Shown here in pieces: positions 57,637-64,000 of a DNA stretch of 64,000 bases. The first letter of the stretch is position 1. Every line of letters starts with the position of its first letter. Under the pieces are notes generated by a model. That model was given only the letters and a program-made list of their open reading frames with translations, was not told the origin of the DNA and did not search any database. The DNA is from Myxococcota bacterium (lineage in GTDB: Bacteria > Myxococcota_A > SURF-8), in contig OZ223209.1 in NCBI GenBank assembly GCA_965140415.1, positions 5,280,001-5,344,000 of the forward strand, given 5' to 3'. A program made the translations under genes and the position numbers.

Positions 57637-58122
57637 ATGATTCAAAATACTGTTACTCGACATAATTCATTCATGTCTCAATTGGCTTGTTCGCTTGCGT
57701 TCCTCATTCTTGTCGGTTCATCCGTGGCGTGGTCCGCCGATGGTTCGATATCCATTCGCGACAGCAGTGGTCGACTGACGGGGAAACTGGAGGCTGATGG
57801 CGACGTCCGGGATAGTAGTGGAGCCAAGATTGGTGTAATCGAGCTTTCCGGGCAAATTCGCGATCGTAGCGGTCAAAGTGAGGGAACATTCAACTCGAAA
57901 GGTGAAATTCGGGATTCGTCAGGCCGCAAGCTCGGATCCGTCGATGAAGACGGTCGCTTACGTGATGCATCCGGGCGCTTAAAGGGACGTATCGATGGTT
58001 CCGGTCGATTCCGAGACGCTTCAGGCAGATCGCGCATGTCGTTTAAGCCCTATGTCCCGGATGCTCGGCTGAGAGTCGCCGCTTACCTCTGGTTTTTCAC
58101 GGATGAATTGACAAGAAAGTAG
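57637..58122 (+). CDS. Secreted 17-aa beta-repeat protein (5-fold beta-flower-like)
   Basis: Hydrophobic signal; six hRD(S/A/R)SG repeats at 17-aa spacing; start uncertain (57637 or 57673). Confidence 0.65.
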   Translation: MIQNTVTRHNSFMSQLACSLAFLILVGSSVAWSADGSISIRDSSGRLTGKLEADGDVRDSSGAKIGVIELSGQIRDRSGQSEGTFNSKGEIRDSSGRKLGSVDEDGRLRDASGRLKGRIDGSGRFRDASGRSRMSFKPYVPDARLRVAAYLWFFTDELTRK

Positions 58123-58147
58123 CAGGAGAAGAAAGGAAAAGCTGTTC

Positions 58148-59845
58148 ATGGCGCACATGATACCGGACACACCACCGACACTTGGGCCTGGTTCTCAGGC
58201 CGAACGGGAACTTTATCTTGCGCTCAAGGAGCATCTTTCGGATGAGTTCTTCGTCTACCACGGATTGCAATACCTCCGGGACGACCGTCCCATCGAGGGC
58301 GAAGCGGACTTTATGATTGTCCACCGCGAACATGGCCTGCTGGTGATCGAGTGCAAGGGGCACGGCGTGTGTGTCACCGGCAATGGCAAATGGGTTCGGG
58401 TTCTATCGGACACCTATCAGCAGGAATTAAAATGCTCTCCCTTCGAGCAGGCGCGACGCCATATTCACGACCTGGTTCACGAACTCGGCGAGCGGTCGCG
58501 GCGTCTGTTCCCGGAATTTAGTGGAGAACTACCCTTTTTCTATGGCTCATCCGTGGCTTTTCCCTTGGCAAAACTCGATGAGATCGGCCTGCCGCTTGAA
58601 ACCACCCGGAAGGTGATTTTCGACATCACAGATCTTCCCGTCATCCGGGATCGTGTAATGGAAGCTCTGGAGTATTGGCGCGATGGACGAAGTGTCCGCC
58701 GCTTTTTCGAGCCGCACGAGTTCAAGCGCTTCCGCAAACAGATCCTTCATCCGCGCTTCTGTATCGTGGAAAAGCTGGGGGCCAGGGTCGAGTACAACCG
58801 CCAGCGCTTTGCCCGCTTGAGTGAGCAGCAGATCGGCGTGGTTCGCAAGCTGGCGGATAACCGACGACTGCGCGTCCGAGGCGGCGCGGGAACCGGTAAG
58901 ACCGTCTTGGCTATCGAGGCTTTGCGCTACCATGCTTTGCAGGGGCGAAGAGCGCTGTTCGTCTGCTTCAATCGAAACCTGGCTCAGTATGTGCGAACTT
59001 TCGTTGCAGACAGTTTCGATGATCCTGAAAACCCAACCGTTAAGACTTTTCACCAGCTTTCTACGATGGCCATGGATGAACTCGGCCAGGAGATTACCGT
59101 TGCCGATGATGATAAAAAAGGTCAGGAGCGTCTGTGGAATGAGGAAGCTCCTTTGGCACTCCTTGAAGCATTCGAGAACGATGCATTGCCTCATTTCGAC
59201 GCCATCGTTGTGGATGAGGGACAGGATTTCGCTACGGACTGGTGGGATATCCTAGAAAGCGGACTATCCGATTCGGAAAGCAGCTATCTATGGGCTTTTT
59301 ACGATCCCTTCCAGAACATCTTTGGCCGAGACTTCCAAATACCGGAAAACTGGCCGAGCTATCTGCTTGATGAGAACTTCCGCAACACAAAATCGATTAC
59401 ACGCACCTTGAAACTGCTGCGCGACGTTCAAATGGAGCCACACATCGACTGTCCTGAAGGCGTGGAGCCGATTTTCCATAAGCAGGACGGGCCAAGCAAA
59501 ACATGCCGCCAGATTGAAGAGCTAGTTGCAGGTCTCCTCGACCACCAGGATGTGAACCCAGAGGACATCACCATCCTGACACCGCATTCGAGGCCGAACA
59601 GCATTCTGGCGGAAATGACGGAACTCGCGGGGCGTCCGCTGGCAGATCATCCCCTGGATCGGCAAGATTCACTTCTGCATACGACTATCGGAAAATTTAA
59701 GGGATTGGAATCTGAAATCGTGATTATGGCTGACGTTGATTTGGATGATCCTCGATGCGATCATAACGCCTGTTACGTAGCGGCTTCGAGGGCCAGGCAG
59801 CTCTTGCACGTATTTTATAAAAAGCAGAATCCAATGGAATCCTGA
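58148..59845 (+). CDS. NERD nuclease fused to SF1 (UvrD-like) helicase
   Basis: GEADF..VIECKG; GGAGTGKT; VDEGQD; NFRNT; FKGLE; YVAASRA. Confidence 0.9.
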   Translation: MAHMIPDTPPTLGPGSQAERELYLALKEHLSDEFFVYHGLQYLRDDRPIEGEADFMIVHREHGLLVIECKGHGVCVTGNGKWVRVLSDTYQQELKCSPFEQARRHIHDLVHELGERSRRLFPEFSGELPFFYGSSVAFPLAKLDEIGLPLETTRKVIFDITDLPVIRDRVMEALEYWRDGRSVRRFFEPHEFKRFRKQILHPRFCIVEKLGARVEYNRQRFARLSEQQIGVVRKLADNRRLRVRGGAGTGKTVLAIEALRYHALQGRRALFVCFNRNLAQYVRTFVADSFDDPENPTVKTFHQLSTMAMDELGQEITVADDDKKGQERLWNEEAPLALLEAFENDALPHFDAIVVDEGQDFATDWWDILESGLSDSESSYLWAFYDPFQNIFGRDFQIPENWPSYLLDENFRNTKSITRTLKLLRDVQMEPHIDCPEGVEPIFHKQDGPSKTCRQIEELVAGLLDHQDVNPEDITILTPHSRPNSILAEMTELAGRPLADHPLDRQDSLLHTTIGKFKGLESEIVIMADVDLDDPRCDHNACYVAASRARQLLHVFYKKQNPMES

Positions 59846-59954
59846 AAGAAGAAATGCTTGCCGAAACGACAGAATCTGTCATCCACCTCAGCTAGTTTCA
59901 AAGAAGGGATGCTTGACTCGATTGAACGGCATTTTTGATGAGAGGGAGGATGGC

Positions 59955-60629
59955 ATGAAGCCGGCTGAAACCTGTTTGCTATGTGGAAAGCCATTTGAGA
60001 AAAATGCAAAACCGTTTGTAAACGTAAGTGGTTTACGTATTGTGGCTACAACGGTTCGTGGGGCTGTTTGGGTAACGGAAACGAAAGAGATAAAAAGACC
60101 CGGTCTCCGGATGGGGGATCGAGAAGAATTGATTTGGAAAGAGGTGGAAACGGATAGAGGAATGCAATACCTGCAGATTTCCGGGCGGTTTGCTAGAGAA
60201 GAAGCGATCTCCCGCGCCATCGAGATGGTGAAGCAAGATAGTCACCCCTGGGCATGCATGGAATGCGCCGGCTACCGGTGCAACGTCTGCGGTGGAAGAC
60301 TGAACTATGCTCCTGGAGCAGAGTCCATTGCTGATAATGGCGCAATCCTTCACAACGCCATCCTGCCATTTCAGCCCACATGCGTTATGAAAGGTTGCCC
60401 AGCCAGTCGAACGAATGGACAGGCCGAAGCGGATCTGGAGAAGGATGATAACTCCAGGTGGCACGTCTTAACCGGGGTAAGCGCGAAGGATATGGCGACG
60501 GTGCAGGAGGTGTTGGCCTATATCGAGCAGCAAACTGGACTGCGACTGATCGCCTACGATCAGAAGGAAGATTCCATTGTCTATGGTGGTGAATTGATTG
60601 ATGAACTGGTTGTGGTGAACGAGGAATAA
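59955..60629 (+). CDS. Hypothetical Zn-binding protein
   Basis: CLLC, CMEC..CNVC, CxxxxC; RBS gggagga. Confidence 0.65.
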   Translation: MKPAETCLLCGKPFEKNAKPFVNVSGLRIVATTVRGAVWVTETKEIKRPGLRMGDREELIWKEVETDRGMQYLQISGRFAREEAISRAIEMVKQDSHPWACMECAGYRCNVCGGRLNYAPGAESIADNGAILHNAILPFQPTCVMKGCPASRTNGQAEADLEKDDNSRWHVLTGVSAKDMATVQEVLAYIEQQTGLRLIAYDQKEDSIVYGGELIDELVVVNEE

Positions 60630-60634
60630 TTTCA

Positions 60635-60838
60635 ATGCGAATGCTTCACCTGAATGGGCAGCATGTGGTATTCTTCTGCGATCGTTGCGGCAAACGATTG
60701 AACGACGATGACCCCGGCACACCCCACTGGGAGGACTACGACCGCTTCCTGGAGACGGTTGGGATAGAAGATGAGGTGGAGACGGAGTTGTTGTGTGGAG
60801 AGTGTGTGGTGAAGAAATGGAGCAGAATAAATGAATAG
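60635..60838 (+). CDS. Small zinc-finger protein
   Basis: FCDRCG...LCGEC; overlaps the downstream mcrB start by 8 nt. Confidence 0.65.
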   Translation: MRMLHLNGQHVVFFCDRCGKRLNDDDPGTPHWEDYDRFLETVGIEDEVETELLCGECVVKKWSRINE

Positions 60839-62543
60839 CGAATTGATTAAAAAATACTTCCTTTCCATCTTCGATGGGAAATCCATGAGCAGTAAAAGCT
60901 ATCATGCATCAGAGAGGGAATGGAAAATTGATTGGTCTAGGTATGCAAATATAATGTTGGGAAAGGATGAATTGGCACAACATATTTCAACAGCGGATTG
61001 GGACACCGTTCTGAAACGAATGAAAATGGTGATGGAGCCCAGCAGCAAAGACGTTAAAGGGACTGCGCAATTATTAAATAATATGCATTATCCCTGGTTT
61101 TCAGACTTTATGACCGATGGCGACGTCGATAGTAAGCAAGCATTTGTAAAATCATTTTATAACTACCTGTATGGCTCGAGTACACTTAGGGATAGATTTA
61201 CCAACTTTTTCGATGTGGCATACTCCACAGCAAAAAAGCATTATCGAACAAATGTTTCGCCTAATTCGGTCATTTCTTGGCCTTTCATGCTTTTCTTTCC
61301 CTACATATTATCACCGGAAAGCAATGAATTTCCCTATTTTCGACCCAAAGATATTAATAAACTTAGAAGCAGTTACGGGAGTACCTACAAGCATTCAACA
61401 AAACCAAATTTTGACTCTTACCTTGATGCCAAGTCCTTGTTTTCGGACTTAATGTCTATTATCAAAGAACTTGATGGCAAGGATTGGCTTGATGTGCAAA
61501 CCCTGATCTTCGTCTTATCTTCATATCAAAAGGATGAAGCATCAAAAAATCTAACTTCTAAAAACAAGGAACCTAACTTGACAAGAATACCATCCTCATC
61601 AAGAATCGAAATAGAATCCACACCCAACCTCATCCTCTACGGCCCTCCGGGAACCGGGAAGACACGCATGGCCAAGCAAATCGCTGTTTCGTATTTGACA
61701 GGCGAAGACATTCAGGATGATTACAGATTGGAAATTGAAGTGGCCAAGCACCAAGGCACTGAAAAGACCCCTGGCTCGCTTGGCATTGTCGTATTCCATC
61801 CGTCTTATGAATACGAGCAGTTCATTGGCGGCATTACCGTCAAAACCGTGGATGAGGAGCAGGCCAAAACGGAGAACAATCCCGGAACCAATACCTTACG
61901 CTACAAGGCGCAGGACGGCATTTTCCTCAAAATGTGCGATCAGGCGGATAAAGATGAACATCCGGAGAATGAAGGGAAAGCCGTACTCATCATCGACGAG
62001 ATCAATCGCGGCAACCTGCCCAAGCTATTAGGCGAACTGATCTATGCCTTGGAGTATAGAGGCAAGGAAGTCACCCTGTCCTATCAACAAAAAAAGATCA
62101 AAGTTCCCGAAGGGTTGATTGTTATTGGGACGATGAATACCGCTGACCGCTCCATCGGCCTTATTGATGTGGCTGTACGAAGACGCTTTGCGCATGTGGA
62201 TGTCGAGCCGAATTCAAGCATTGTAAAAGATCTTTGGGAGAAAAACGACGCCGGGCTTAAAGACTTCGGAGATAAGCTGGCAAACTTGATGAACAAACTC
62301 AATATCAAACTCAAAAACCACCAGGAATTCGGCGATTTTCGCATCGGGCATTCTTATTTCCTGCCAGTGGGATTAAAGGAAAATGAAGATAAAGATAAGT
62401 ACGCGCAGAGAGCAAAAATAGCGATGGATTGGAAGTGGAAAACCTCCATCGTGCCTCTTTTAAAGGAATATGCGAGCATGGGCGCAGAAGATCTTGACAT
62501 CTACATCGAAGCCGGTTCACTTGACGATGCATTCGGAATTTAA
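60831..62543 (+). CDS. mcrB: Second McrB-family AAA+ GTPase
   Basis: [40 protein letters not shown]. Confidence 0.93.
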   Translation: MNSELIKKYFLSIFDGKSMSSKSYHASEREWKIDWSRYANIMLGKDELAQHISTADWDTVLKRMKMVMEPSSKDVKGTAQLLNNMHYPWFSDFMTDGDVDSKQAFVKSFYNYLYGSSTLRDRFTNFFDVAYSTAKKHYRTNVSPNSVISWPFMLFFPYILSPESNEFPYFRPKDINKLRSSYGSTYKHSTKPNFDSYLDAKSLFSDLMSIIKELDGKDWLDVQTLIFVLSSYQKDEASKNLTSKNKEPNLTRIPSSSRIEIESTPNLILYGPPGTGKTRMAKQIAVSYLTGEDIQDDYRLEIEVAKHQGTEKTPGSLGIVVFHPSYEYEQFIGGITVKTVDEEQAKTENNPGTNTLRYKAQDGIFLKMCDQADKDEHPENEGKAVLIIDEINRGNLPKLLGELIYALEYRGKEVTLSYQQKKIKVPEGLIVIGTMNTADRSIGLIDVAVRRRFAHVDVEPNSSIVKDLWEKNDAGLKDFGDKLANLMNKLNIKLKNHQEFGDFRIGHSYFLPVGLKENEDKDKYAQRAKIAMDWKWKTSIVPLLKEYASMGAEDLDIYIEAGSLDDAFGI

Positions 62544-62546
62544 GTG

Positions 62547-64000
62547 ATGCAAGATTCCGAAAAGAATACGAATACCGAAAACGACAACTATCGGGATGCG
62601 TCGGAATCTGACGCACAACCGACGACGGTGCTTCACCGCGAATATGATAAGGAGACGTCACTTTACGCGGATAACACCGAAGGACTTGCAGGGAAAAAAG
62701 AATTAACGCTCGTCAACGCCGAGCGTCCCTACTATCAGCCCACCTATTATGTCGGTTTCATGCCTTTTTCGTGGAATGAGCGAATACATGATGGTGAGGA
62801 AGCATCAAAGGAAGGGAACAAGGAAAAAGCTCTATTATTGCTTCTGCCAAAGGGCGCTCCGAAATCGGAGGAGAGCGAAAATGCGGGAGAATTGCAGTTT
62901 CAAAGCCTCGTGCGGTTTCTGGATATGTGGGCGATTGGAACCGGTCTGGATGAAAAAGAAAAGGCCGAAAAGGAAAACGAAACTTACACGTTCGCCCGCG
63001 ATCTCCCGCTTGCTTATCGCTTCTTCTTCCTCATCGCATGGCGCTATGAAAAGGCCTTGCGCACCCTTTGCCATCACGACTTCCGCCGCTTCTACACCAA
63101 GCACGAAGAAACCCTCAACGGAAGAATCAAGGGGCGCATGCATTTTCCCTCGATGATGAGAAATGCGCTTCACGGCAAGGCGCACCGCATCCCCTGTAGA
63201 TGGGAAGAGTTCGATTTCGACAATCATGACAACCGCGTGCTGAAAGCCGCCATGACGGCCCTGATGCACCATGCGCCCGATCCCGCTTTGCGAAGAAAGC
63301 TCTTCGGGCTTTTCGCTCATGTTTTACCTTATTTCAGCGAGGTGCAAGATGTTTCTATTTCACCAGCAGATTTATTGAAAACGAAGCTCAACCGCATCTC
63401 GAAGCAATACAAGGCCGCGCATGAATGGGCGTCATTTATCATAAGAGGCATGAACGCTTTTGAGCAGGGCACGATGCCGCAATTGACCTTTAACGCGAAT
63501 GATGCCTTCGAACGCTTTGCTTTTCGCATCACCCAAAAAGCAGCAGAAGCGGCTGGGAATGCAAAGGCGGTCAAACAACCCACGCACGGGCTTGTAACTA
63601 ATCAAGAGAAACCCCAAATCGATCCCGATATTCGGATTCTTCCGTTTGGTGCCGGTCTCGATGATACTCACATAGCGGTGGGCGATGCGAAATATAAACA
63701 AGTTTTGGAGTTGAAGGATGTAGATACGAGTAAAGACAAAGATGTCATCGTATTCAACGAACAATCGTGGAAGATGAAACTTCGCTCGGCCGATCTTTAC
63801 CAACTCTACGCATATATAATGCTAACAGGCGCAAAACGTGGTTTTTTTGTAGTTCCGTTTTGGGGTGAAAACATGGACGCAGAAGCCACGATTCTTCATA
63901 ACCAAAATGGAGAACTTAAAATTGGTATAAAAGATATGAATTATCCAATCGCCGTTCTCATGCTCAATCTTATGAAACCGCCCCGTGATGTGCTACATGA
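62547..64000 (+). CDS. mcrC: Second McrC-family nuclease (partial, runs off right edge)
   Basis: Manual translation from ATG 62547, open to the edge: YVGF, LLPK, IKGR, DN.DNRVLK, FERF, PDI..GDAKYK, DLYQLYAY. Confidence 0.88.
   Translation, partial: MQDSEKNTNTENDNYRDASESDAQPTTVLHREYDKETSLYADNTEGLAGKKELTLVNAERPYYQPTYYVGFMPFSWNERIHDGEEASKEGNKEKALLLLLPKGAPKSEESENAGELQFQSLVRFLDMWAIGTGLDEKEKAEKENETYTFARDLPLAYRFFFLIAWRYEKALRTLCHHDFRRFYTKHEETLNGRIKGRMHFPSMMRNALHGKAHRIPCRWEEFDFDNHDNRVLKAAMTALMHHAPDPALRRKLFGLFAHVLPYFSEVQDVSISPADLLKTKLNRISKQYKAAHEWASFIIRGMNAFEQGTMPQLTFNANDAFERFAFRITQKAAEAAGNAKAVKQPTHGLVTNQEKPQIDPDIRILPFGAGLDDTHIAVGDAKYKQVLELKDVDTSKDKDVIVFNEQSWKMKLRSADLYQLYAYIMLTGAKRGFFVVPFWGENMDAEATILHNQNGELKIGIKDMNYPIAVLMLNLMKPPRDVLH

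Larger units (their letters stand above)
43515..64000. mobile_element. tRNA-adjacent defence island (right end outside window; no integrase seen)
   Basis: Abrupt switch to R-M, McrBC, WYL, NERD and IS-relic genes right after the tRNA; mosaic base composition. Confidence 0.75.

Noticed and set aside
62749-63803. Short ORFs suggesting a fragmented gene at the right edge
   Set aside because: A single open frame from 62547 to the window end encodes McrC; it is missing from the track only because it has no stop inside the window.

Overview
A bacterial window, moderately GC-rich, probably from a deltaproteobacterial/Myxococcota-like lineage. This is inferred from MYXO-CTERM-type tails, Cys-rich lipoproteins and DGD acidic linkers. 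The first part (1-~43.5 kb) is backbone: mnmG, birA, a degenerate biotin carboxyltransferase, HtrA, DUF1015, a GAF/HD-GYP protein, many secreted Cys-rich or acidic-linker lipoproteins, four serine proteases, three B12-binding radical SAM enzymes around a thioesterase, and at least three families of intergenic palindromic (REP/REPIN/MITE-like) repeats. The second part starts just after tRNA-Thr(CGT) at 43439-43514 and runs past the right edge as a defence island. A central WYL regulator separates two arms. The leftward arm holds a degenerate DnaB C-terminal domain and an IS3 relic, then a tightly coupled 8-gene run: Type IIG R-M, GIY-YIG, CX5R phosphatase, unknown protein, McrB with an HMG-like N-terminal motif, McrC with a ~245-aa extra domain, an RNase H-fold-like protein and a nitroreductase. 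The rightward arm holds a beta-repeat secreted protein, a NERD-helicase, two Zn-binding proteins and a second, unrelated McrBC. The best candidate for an undescribed system is the extended McrBC operon with its WYL/pseudo-DnaB module. All family assignments come from motif recognition by eye; no searches were run.
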